Source of the DNA: an uncultured Enterobacteriaceae bacterium
Lineage (GTDB): Bacteria > Pseudomonadota > Gammaproteobacteria > Ga0077536
Direction: 5' to 3'
Assembly (NCBI GenBank): GCA_964523765.1
Contig: CAZFZX010000003.1
Coordinates: forward strand, 762 to 64,761
Length of the DNA: 64,000 nt
In this document: positions 55,047 to 64,000 of the stretch, in pieces
Layout of the letters: each line of letters starts with the position of its first letter
Numbering within the stretch: the first letter of the stretch is position 1
Notes under the pieces: model-generated
Told to the model about the DNA's origin: nothing
The model's input: the letters and a program-made list of their open reading frames with translations, nothing else
Databases searched by the model: none
Translations under genes and position numbers: made by a program

Positions 55047-55076
55047 ACTATACGTACGAGGACGGAAAGCTGTCAA
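55047..55076 (-). promoter_or_regulatory. sigma-70 promoter of the dcw cluster (Pmra)
   Basis: The minus strand has TTGACA (55076-55071), an 18-nt spacer, then TATAGT (55052-55047), about 115 nt upstream of the mraZ ATG. Confidence 0.65.
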
Positions 55077-55266
55077 GGAAAGGGGCGCGGATTTGAAAGG
55101 AAATCTTGCTTATTGAACAATCACTTAGCTGTCGCAACTGCGTCCAAAACGAGCGGGCTAAAGTTGGGAAAGTAACATAGTTACACTTATCATAGAGATA
55201 GGCGGTTAAGCTAATAATTTAGATTAGACACGATCGATCCGTTCCATAGATCCTCGGTGAATCTGG

Positions 55267-55680
55267 AGGTGTGAGCCAGCCGATAAGCCGGGTTCTGTGC
55301 TCGACTTTCGTCGAGTGACGATCATTCATCTGCGACATATGTTGCCATACGCCTGTAGCGACCTACCCGGAAGTCTACGCGGACGACGCTTTACTGCGAT
55401 GCAGCATACTTCCCTATTTGGTCTTGCTCCGGGTGGGGTTTACCCTGCCACCGGCTTTGGCCGGCGCGGTGCGCTCTTACCGCACCTTTTCACCCTTACC
55501 GTGTCGTACCCAATTCGCCGCGAACGGCCAACCCGGCACTGCCCGGCGGTATATTTTCTGTGGCACTTTCCGTAGGCTCGCGCCCCCCAGGTGTTACCTG
55601 GCACCCTGTCCTGCGGAGCCCGGACTTTCCTCCGCCAGCGGTTACGAACCCGCGCGCGGCGACCGCCCAGCTGACTCACC
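55267..55680 (-). ncRNA. rnpB: RNase P RNA, bacterial type A
   Basis: The reverse complement aligns by eye with E. coli M1 RNA along its whole length. Shared blocks (given as plus-strand text) are ccgataagccgggttctgt, cattcatct, ctatttgg-cttgctccgggtgg, gcgcggtgcgctcttaccgcacc, ttcacccttacc, ccaggtgttacctggcaccctg and ggagcccggactttcctcc. P1 pairing is 5' GUGAGUCAGC with 3' GCUGGCUCAC. The ends are good to about 5 nt. The location between mraZ and rsmI is the same as in Pseudomonas. Confidence 0.93.
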
Positions 55681-55710
55681 GCTACAGTGTGGGGTCTCGC
55701 TTCCCCTATT

Positions 55711-56595
55711 TCAACCGGCGTCGCTATCGTGAACGATACGATAGAGGACATTGCGGGTGACGCCACTTAACTCGGCGGCAATTTTGATCGCGTCACTTTT
55801 GGACACATGGCGCGAGAGTACCCCAACCATCTGTTTCGCCGTTCGCTCGTCTTCGCCGGTAACGTGTTCAACGGCGCCGGCAAGCACGATGACGATTTCG
55901 CCGCGCGCCGCATTCTCGTCGGCATGCATCGCATCGGCGACCGCCCCGAGCGGCCCACGATATAGGGTTTCGTGCAATTTCGTCAGTTCGCGCGCTACTG
56001 CTACGTGTCGTTCGTCGCCGAATACCGCGCGCAGATCCTGTATGGTCGCGCGGATCCGGTGCGGTGCTTCGTAAAAAATCATCGTCCTCGCCTCGACGGC
56101 CAAAGAGTGAAGGCGGCGGATACGCGCTGACTGGCGGGCGGGCAGGAAACCCTCGAAAACGAAACGGTCCGATGGAATTCCGGCTATCGACAAAGCCGCG
56201 ACCGCAGCGCAGGGTCCGGGTAAGGAGCGCACCGGGATTTTCGCCTCATGGACGGCGCCGACCAGGCGATAGCCAGGGTCCGCGATCAACGGAGTCCCGG
56301 CGTCCGACAACAATGCAACAGCGAGGCGTTCGTTGATCAATCTCGAGAGCAGCGTATCGATGAGGTCTCTTTCGTTATGGTCGTGCAGTACGATCGACCG
56401 TCCCTTGATCGAATAGCGATGCAACAGCCGCTGAGTAACCCGGGTATCTTCGACCAGAAGCAAATCGATTTCCTTCAACAGCTCGATGGCGCGATAAGAA
56501 ATATCGGCCAAATTTCCAATTGGGGTAGCGACGACATACAACGCCGGCCGCTCGATTGACAGTGACAATGGGTGGCTGGATACTGTGGCGGTCAT
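55711..56595 (-). CDS. rsmI: 16S rRNA (cytidine1402-2'-O)-methyltransferase
   Basis: Motifs LYVVATPIGNLADISYRAIELL, EDTR, SDAGTPLIADPG and ARELTKLHE. The start is ATG 56595 (or TTG 56568). The tracked 359-aa ORF over-extends into lpoA. Confidence 0.92.
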   Translation of the reverse strand: MTATVSSHPLSLSIERPALYVVATPIGNLADISYRAIELLKEIDLLLVEDTRVTQRLLHRYSIKGRSIVLHDHNERDLIDTLLSRLINERLAVALLSDAGTPLIADPGYRLVGAVHEAKIPVRSLPGPCAAVAALSIAGIPSDRFVFEGFLPARQSARIRRLHSLAVEARTMIFYEAPHRIRATIQDLRAVFGDERHVAVARELTKLHETLYRGPLGAVADAMHADENAARGEIVIVLAGAVEHVTGEDERTAKQMVGVLSRHVSKSDAIKIAAELSGVTRNVLYRIVHDSDAG

Positions 56596-58468
56596 GGGTT
56601 TTCGTCTACATTCTGGAGCAGCGGGGTTGCGCCTGGCTGCTATTTTGTCTCTGGGTCTCGCTGCCGGCTGCGGGCCACAGCAGTCTGTAAAACCGGCGGC
56701 GCCGGTTACGCCGCCAAACGCCGCCGCCGAAGCGCATCTGCGCAGCGGCGACTTCCTCGGCGCGGCTACGGAATTCACGCGCCTCGCCAATAGCGTCGAC
56801 GGCGATCGTGCGTCACGTTACCGTATGATGGCCGCTCTGGCTTACATCGACGGCGAAGATTTCGAGCACGCTCGAACCCTGCTTTCCGCTCCCCCGCCAG
56901 AAGGCGCGATTGCGCGACAGTTGCACGCGCTGGCGCTTGCTTCCGACGGTTTAGCATCGAACCCGAGTGCCGCCGCCGGCCAACTGGAATCAGTCGACTC
57001 GAGAAAGCTGACTCCGTATCAACGCAGCGTCTACTATCGGACCCTGGGCCGCTTGGCGATCGTCGATAAAGACTACCCGGCGGCCGCAACCGCTTTCATC
57101 ACGGCCGACGTCCATGCGCTTCCCGATAATAAGCGTTCGCGACTGCACTCAGATATCTGGCTCGCATTATCGCACATGGACGCCGAAGCGATTACAGCGG
57201 CTCAGGTAAATGCACAGCGTCGGGAAAACGGTTGGCTGGCGCTCGCAGCGGCCGCACGGCCTAATCTACATAACAACGCCGCCCTTGCTGCCGCGATAGA
57301 AACTTGGCGGGCGGAGTACCCGCAACACGCAGCAAATCAGACGTTGGTTGAGCAGTTGTTCGAACTTTCGGAAAGCTTGTCCTCAAAAGCCCGTCACATC
57401 GCGCTGCTTCTACCACTGAAAGGGCCGTATGCAGCACCGGCCAATGCAATCCGTAACGGCTTTCTCAGCGCTTGGTACGCACAACCGAAACTGGGGACGC
57501 GGCCCACGGTTTCGATCTACGCCGTAGACGCTGGGACCATCAATTCGGTGTACGACCGGGCTGTCGCCAACGGGGCCGATCTGATCGTCGGCCCGCTAGA
57601 AAAGTCGACGGTCGAGACTCTTGCGGCCCGTCCCGAACTGCCGGTCCGTACGCTGGCCCTGAACGCCGCACCCACGACCGCCGGCGGTAAGAGCGGACCG
57701 GTCGGTGCCGCCAACTTTTTTCAGTTCGGCCTCATTCCCGAAGACGAAGCCGAGCAAGTCGCCGAGAAATCGTGGGCCGACGGCCATAGCCGCGCCGTAG
57801 CCTTGGGGCCGGATTCGCCGTGGGGAACGCGTTTGTTGGCCGCTTTCTCCGAACGTTGGCATGAATTGGGCGGCACATTATTGACCCAGGCTACCTACGA
57901 CAGCAGCGAAACTTCCTACTCGGCTTCGGTCAAGCAGGCACTAAATGTCGACCTGAGTGAGGCGCGGGCGGCCGAGTTACGTCGTGCGTTGAAGCGCAGA
58001 ATCGAATTCGACGCCCGCCGACGCGCCGACGTAGATGCGATATTTCTAGCCGGGTTTCCACTCGGGGCGCGTCAGTTACTTCCGCAGCTGCGCTATTTCC
58101 GGGCGGAATCGATACCTGTGTATGCAACCTCGCACGCCTACGCCGGGCGCGAGAATGCGGCTGCCGATCAAGATCTGGACGGGCTGCGCATTAGCGATAT
58201 GCCGTGGTTATTCGGAGCGGCGGACTTTGACAGTTTCGAACTGTTCAACGGCAACTGGCCCGATAGCGCACCGGGCACCGGGCGCCTGTTCGCATTCGGC
58301 ATCGACGCCTATCGTATGTTGCCGTATCTGGCTCGTATGCGACATCAACCGAGCCTACGGATCCCCGGCGCTACCGGCCTTCTGCGGATGGACGCCGATG
58401 GGCGGGTTTTTCGCAACCTCACTTGGGTACGGTTCGCCGGTGGTGTCCCGAACCTGATGGACCGATGA
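56585..58468 (+). CDS. lpoA: penicillin-binding protein activator LpoA
   Basis: 627 aa with lipobox LAAGC. N-terminal TPR-like domain and C-terminal periplasmic-binding-protein-like domain (IALLLPLKGPYA). Conserved rsmI/lpoA divergent synteny. The start is GTG 56585 or ATG 56594. Confidence 0.88.
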   Translation: MAVMGFRLHSGAAGLRLAAILSLGLAAGCGPQQSVKPAAPVTPPNAAAEAHLRSGDFLGAATEFTRLANSVDGDRASRYRMMAALAYIDGEDFEHARTLLSAPPPEGAIARQLHALALASDGLASNPSAAAGQLESVDSRKLTPYQRSVYYRTLGRLAIVDKDYPAAATAFITADVHALPDNKRSRLHSDIWLALSHMDAEAITAAQVNAQRRENGWLALAAAARPNLHNNAALAAAIETWRAEYPQHAANQTLVEQLFELSESLSSKARHIALLLPLKGPYAAPANAIRNGFLSAWYAQPKLGTRPTVSIYAVDAGTINSVYDRAVANGADLIVGPLEKSTVETLAARPELPVRTLALNAAPTTAGGKSGPVGAANFFQFGLIPEDEAEQVAEKSWADGHSRAVALGPDSPWGTRLLAAFSERWHELGGTLLTQATYDSSETSYSASVKQALNVDLSEARAAELRRALKRRIEFDARRRADVDAIFLAGFPLGARQLLPQLRYFRAESIPVYATSHAYAGRENAAADQDLDGLRISDMPWLFGAADFDSFELFNGNWPDSAPGTGRLFAFGIDAYRMLPYLARMRHQPSLRIPGATGLLRMDADGRVFRNLTWVRFAGGVPNLMDR

Positions 58469-58851
58469 ATTCGACTTCGGGCCTCAAGCGTTTTCTGCCA
58501 GGTTCGATCGGGGCAGAATTCGAAAAGAGTGCCGAATCTTATCTGAACGGACAGGGACTACGGACAATCACGCGCAACTACCGGTGTCGTCTAGGGGAAA
58601 TCGATTTGATAATGGATGACGGCGATTTCGTCATTTTCGTCGAAGTCCGATATCGTTACAATCATAGCTATGGAAATCCGCTCGAAACGATTACTTCGGC
58701 TAAGCAGAAACGGATCATAGGTGCAACGACTCGTTTTCTTTCTTGTAATCCCGAGCTACAAAACAGGCCCTGTAGATTTGACGCCGTCGGCATCTCCGAC
58801 AATGATGGACACCCGGAATACGATTGGGTCAAGGACGCTTTTTCTACGTGA
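58465..58851 (+). CDS. yraN: YraN family protein (UPF0102, endonuclease-like fold)
   Basis: Motif GEIDLIM...VIFVEVRYR. ATG 58465 overlaps the lpoA stop (ATGA). The tracked start 58423 lies inside lpoA. Confidence 0.85.
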   Translation: MNSTSGLKRFLPGSIGAEFEKSAESYLNGQGLRTITRNYRCRLGEIDLIMDDGDFVIFVEVRYRYNHSYGNPLETITSAKQKRIIGATTRFLSCNPELQNRPCRFDAVGISDNDGHPEYDWVKDAFST

Positions 58852-58934
58852 TTACAGTTAAGGAACCTCTGATCAATTCATGGAAGGTCGCCTTGCGCCC
58901 AAAATCGCCCCAGAATGAATCAGAGACTCTTTAA

Positions 58935-60169
<1,235 letters not shown>

Positions 60170-60209
60170 CCTCGGCAAGAACCCTGTCGGGGAAACCGGG
60201 GTATCTCGC

Positions 60210-60602
60210 TTATTTTATGACTCTGAGATGAGAACTTTTTGATCCGTCCTGGTCGATCGCAGGATCTACGCGAGCGACGTCGCTATCTCGATCGGGCTCA
60301 TCCGGTAATACGATTCCAATTCCGTTTTCACTTGCGTAGATCGCGCGGACGGCCAGCGTCGGTATATAGATTTCACGCGCCACGCCCGAGAAGCGGGCGT
60401 TGAACGTTATTGCTTCACTCCCGAGCGCCAGATCCGCGACGGCACCTGCCGCTATGTTGAGGACGATCTTGTCGTCCTCGACAAACTCGGCCGGAACACT
60501 GACGTCTTGCTGTGTCGTGTCGACGAGGAGATGTGGGGTCAGATCGTTAGCCGCAGCCCATTCGTAAATGGCTCGAATCAGATACGGCCGCGTAGACTCC
60601 AT
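60210..60602 (-). CDS. sspB: ClpXP adaptor SspB
   Basis: 130 aa. N-terminus RPYLIRAIYEWAAANDLTPHLLVD and C-terminus LRVIK, downstream of sspA. Confidence 0.93.
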   Translation of the reverse strand: MESTRPYLIRAIYEWAAANDLTPHLLVDTTQQDVSVPAEFVEDDKIVLNIAAGAVADLALGSEAITFNARFSGVAREIYIPTLAVRAIYASENGIGIVLPDEPDRDSDVARVDPAIDQDGSKSSHLRVIK

Positions 60603-60610
60603 AACCGGGA

Positions 60611-61249
60611 TCAGACCGACAACTCACGCTCGAACGGCGACAAACTCGCTTGAAAACCCTCTCGCGCAAATATTTTCTCTGCATATTTAACGATCGGTTT
60701 TGCCTGCCCGGGCAACTTCACGCCATAGAACTGCAGCCGCCAAAGCAGCGGGGCCAGGCAGCAATCGACGAGCGAATACTCCTCGGACATGAAAAACTCA
60801 TGCTGTGCGAAAATTGGGGCGATAGCCAACAGATTATCCCGGATCGTCTTACGTGCATTGGCTGCTGCAATGTCATTGGTGCTGTCAAGATCTTCGATGA
60901 TGCCGTAAAGATCCCGCATCACCCGGTAGCGGAACTGGCGATTATTCGCGCGTGACACCGGGTCGACCGGCATCAAGGGCGGGTGTGGATAACGCTCGTC
61001 CAGATATTCCATCATAATCTGAGCGTCATACAAAACGAGTTCCCGGTCGATCAACGTCAGAATCGAATCATAGGGATTCAAATCGTTCAAATCTTCCGGT
61101 CTGCTTTCTTCTTCAACGTAGTTGATATCGACGTTAATATCTTTTTCCGCGAGAACGATACGGACGCCATGCCCGATCGGATCGGCAGCGTCAGAATAAA
61201 GCGTCATCACCGATCGTCTGTTGGCTAGTACGGTCATATTAGTGGACAT
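60611..61249 (-). CDS. sspA: stringent starvation protein A (GST-like)
   Basis: 212 aa. Motif NRRSVMTLYS...HGVRIVLAEK. Met5 at 61237 is an alternative start. Confidence 0.94.
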   Translation of the reverse strand: MSTNMTVLANRRSVMTLYSDAADPIGHGVRIVLAEKDINVDINYVEEESRPEDLNDLNPYDSILTLIDRELVLYDAQIMMEYLDERYPHPPLMPVDPVSRANNRQFRYRVMRDLYGIIEDLDSTNDIAAANARKTIRDNLLAIAPIFAQHEFFMSEEYSLVDCCLAPLLWRLQFYGVKLPGQAKPIVKYAEKIFAREGFQASLSPFERELSV

Positions 61250-61629
61250 CTTTCCAGTATTCTTGCTTTATCAGATTGGCAGCGGTGAGGAACACGAATG
61301 GAAACACGATAACCCGAAATCCGATATCACATCGAATCGATTTTTCGGATTCCCGGACGTAGACCAGAAGGCCAACGAGGTCCCGAACCGCTTGCTTGTA
61401 TGGACCTTCGCCGAATTCGCCGGGCCCCACCAGCTCAAAATGCCGGATTGTTGAACTCCCATTATAAACGGCCCGTTACGGCCCTTTTTACCCCAGTCGA
61501 TCTCTTTTCGTCAATATAGAAGCTCACCGCGAAATTGTATAGCCGGTCTTCCCGGCACAGCCATGCAATATCGCGCAGAACGGGGTGAAATACCATAGCG
61601 GCACGACATGCTGAAGCGCCACCAGCCGT
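61239..61629 (-). pseudogene. petC: cytochrome c1 (petC) remnant: 5'-truncated, with a frameshift and an internal stop
   Basis: The frame ending at 61239 gives ...IRHFELVGPGEFGEGPYKQAVRDLVGLLVYVRESEKSIRCDIGFRVIVFPFVFLTAANLIKQEYWKDVH. This is the typical cytochrome c1 C-terminus: TM anchor plus EYWKDVH. Upstream, in a different frame, HPVLRDIAWLCREDRLYNFAVSFYIDEKRSTGV resembles the PPDLS...YL-sFY-D--RP-GVNN region; it is interrupted by TAA at 61478-61476. No signal peptide or CxxCH heme motif remains, because the hisD stop is at 61630. petC normally precedes sspA in the petABC-sspAB arrangement. Confidence 0.55.
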
Positions 61630-62937
61630 CTATTCCTTCCTGCAGTCGGCCGATCGCGCGTGCGCGGTCAAACCTTCACTATTTGCGAGCGTCGACGCCG
61701 TCGAAGCCAGCCGCTCCGCCCCGAGCCTCGAGCACTCGATGATCGACGATCTTTTTTGAAAATCGTAGACGCCAAGCGGCGAGAAAAACCGAGCGGTCCC
61801 GGACGTCGGGAGCACGTGATTCGGACCCGCACAATAGTCGCCGAGTGCTTCGGCGGTATAACGCCCGAGAAAAATCGCGCCGGCGTGGCGTATAGCGGGC
61901 AACAAATCGCGCGGATTCTCGACCGATAGTTCGAGATGCTCGGGTGCGATGCGATTGACCAATTCTACCGCCTCTGTGAGATCACGGACATGGATGAAAG
62001 CGCCTCGATTGCGCAACGACTCGGCGATGATCTCCCGGCGCTCGAGCGCCGGGAGCAGGCGATCGATACTGGACGCGACCCTATCCAGATAATCGCGATC
62101 GGGACAGATCAAGATCGCCTGGGCGTCTTCGTCGTGCTCCGCTTGGGAAAACAAGTCCAATGCCACCCAATCCGGATCCGTGCCTCCGTCGCACACGATC
62201 AGGACTTCGGTCGGTCCAGCGATCATGTCGATGCCGACGGCTCCAAAAACCAATGATTTCGCGGTAGCGACATAAATGTTACCGGGGCCGACGATCTTGT
62301 CTACGGCCGGTAGCGTCTCGGTACCATAAGCGAACGCAGCGATCGCTTGCGCGCCACCGATAGAATATACGCTATCGACACCGGCTATTGCGGCGGCAGC
62401 CAGAACCACCGGCTCCAACCGTCCGCCTGGAGCAGGCACGGTCATTACGACATTACCGACCCCAGCGACTTTGGCGGGGATCACGTTCATCAATACAGAG
62501 GACGGGTAAGCCGCTTTGCCGCCGGGTACGTAGACGCCGACACAATCCAATGGCGTAATCTGTTGACCGAGGACCGTACCATCGTCATCTTCGTACTCCC
62601 ACGAGGCCTGCAGCTGATGCTCGTGGTAACCCCGGATCCGTGCCGCCGCATCCTCCAGAGCCCGACCGAGAGCCGGGTCGATCTCGTTCCGTTCCTTCGA
62701 GAAATCCTCGACTCTCAATTCTACGATGCTAGTGACTGTCCGTCCGTCGTACCGATTGGTAAATTCAACCACCGCTTCGTCACCGCGGGCGCGCACGGCG
62801 TCGACAATCTCCTTGACCGCGCTATCTACGTCTTCGTCGCGCGTACCGTCCCAAGTGGTCAACGCGGTCAATCGCTCATCGAAATCCGCTTGAGAGGTGT
62901 CGAGACGCAGCACCGACCATTCCTGGGATCGGGTCAC
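61630..62937 (-). CDS. hisD: histidinol dehydrogenase
   Basis: 435 aa. Motifs [29 protein letters not shown] and PNHVLPT. Confidence 0.96.
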   Translation of the reverse strand: MTRSQEWSVLRLDTSQADFDERLTALTTWDGTRDEDVDSAVKEIVDAVRARGDEAVVEFTNRYDGRTVTSIVELRVEDFSKERNEIDPALGRALEDAAARIRGYHEHQLQASWEYEDDDGTVLGQQITPLDCVGVYVPGGKAAYPSSVLMNVIPAKVAGVGNVVMTVPAPGGRLEPVVLAAAAIAGVDSVYSIGGAQAIAAFAYGTETLPAVDKIVGPGNIYVATAKSLVFGAVGIDMIAGPTEVLIVCDGGTDPDWVALDLFSQAEHDEDAQAILICPDRDYLDRVASSIDRLLPALERREIIAESLRNRGAFIHVRDLTEAVELVNRIAPEHLELSVENPRDLLPAIRHAGAIFLGRYTAEALGDYCAGPNHVLPTSGTARFFSPLGVYDFQKRSSIIECSRLGAERLASTASTLANSEGLTAHARSADCRKE

Positions 62938-62943
62938 CTCCCT

Positions 62944-63591
62944 TTACCCGACGACGCTCGCCAAGCGGCTTATCAGATCCGTAATCATCGAGTGCTTTAT
63001 CTTCATCGACGCCTTGTTGACGATAAGTCGCGAACTGACATCGCAAATCTCTTCCATAGCCACAAGATCATTGGCCTTCAGTGTAGTTCCGGTGTCAACA
63101 AGATCGACGATGTAGTCCGCCAGGCCAACCAGGGGCGCGAGTTCCATCGAACCGTACAATTTGACGACCTCGACCTGCACTCCTTTTTCGGCAAAATAGC
63201 GACGCGTCGTAGCAGCATACTTAGTCGCGATCCGCAGACGCCTGGAATCGTCTTCCACCGTGCCGCGTCCCGCCAACATCAGACGACAGGAGGCGATCTT
63301 CAGGTCCAGGGGTTCATAAAAGCCGTCGCCTTCATATTCCAGTAGTACATCTTTGCCGGCGATACCAACGTCGGCGGCGCCGTATTCAACAAACGTCGGG
63401 ACATCGCTCGCCCGGATAATGACTAGTTTGTTACGCCCGTCAACGGTCTCGAGGATCAGTTTTCTGGATCGGTCCGGATCTTCTTCGGGGACGACCCCGG
63501 CCTCGGCAAGGAGCGGCAATGCCTCACGCAAGATGCGACCTTTCGATAGCGCGATAACGAGTCCGGGGGAGCCGACGACGGTTTGGTTCAT
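62944..63591 (-). CDS. hisG: ATP phosphoribosyltransferase, short (HisZ-dependent) form
   Basis: 215 aa. Motifs [26 protein letters not shown] and [12 protein letters not shown]. It lacks the C-terminal regulatory domain. Confidence 0.94.
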   Translation of the reverse strand: MNQTVVGSPGLVIALSKGRILREALPLLAEAGVVPEEDPDRSRKLILETVDGRNKLVIIRASDVPTFVEYGAADVGIAGKDVLLEYEGDGFYEPLDLKIASCRLMLAGRGTVEDDSRRLRIATKYAATTRRYFAEKGVQVEVVKLYGSMELAPLVGLADYIVDLVDTGTTLKANDLVAMEEICDVSSRLIVNKASMKIKHSMITDLISRLASVVG

Positions 63592-63593
63592 GA

Positions 63594-64000
<407 letters not shown>

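Noticed and set aside
55297-55766. Three ORFs (55297-55575 +, 55418-55732 +, 55440-55766 -) in the mraZ-rsmI gap
   Set aside because: The region is RNase P RNA, with conserved blocks matching E. coli M1 RNA throughout. The ORFs are fortuitous.

Overview
This 64-kb window is moderately GC-rich gammaproteobacterial chromosome whose gene order closely matches Pseudomonas and E. coli core synteny. All calls rest on reading the ORF translations and DNA by eye against remembered family motifs; no search or computation was run.

Gene content, left to right:
- (a) A minus-strand accessory block runs from 1 to 8.4 kb. It holds a partial unknown gene, an AsnB-like amidotransferase, a DUF354 protein, two tandem paralogous GT-C-like/TPR membrane proteins and the type IVa pilin gene pilA. 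pilA has an RpoN-type promoter and a strong terminator.
- (b) pilR and pilS follow, then an SGNH hydrolase and a tiny zinc-ribbon membrane protein.
- (c) A housekeeping block: sucCD, nadE, bamD, rluD, pgeF, a glutamate dehydrogenase, and clpB with a sigma-32-like promoter.
- (d) pilB-pilC-pilD-coaE-zapD, then mutT, argJ, secA, an M23 peptidase and a DUF721 gene.
- (e) A complete dcw cluster: lpxC, ftsZ, ftsA, ftsQ, ddl, murB, murC, murG, ftsW, murD, mraY, murF, murE, ftsI, ftsL, rsmH, mraZ. Its promoter and three MraZ-box repeats at 10-nt spacing are recognisable.
- (f) RNase P RNA (rnpB), then rsmI, lpoA, yraN, diaA and dolP.
- (g) sspB, sspA, a decayed 5'-truncated cytochrome c1 (petC) remnant, hisD, hisG and partial murA.

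I saw no CRISPR array, IS/transposase, integrase, tRNA or rRNA.

Most of the window is ordinary core genome. The best candidate for an undescribed system is the pilA-linked island with the duplicated GT-C/TPR proteins, which may be a pilin glycosylation module. The other observations worth a second look:
- an animal-type GDH with an antenna-like insertion;
- the petC remnant abutting hisD;
- the head-to-head overlapping start codons of rsmI and lpoA.
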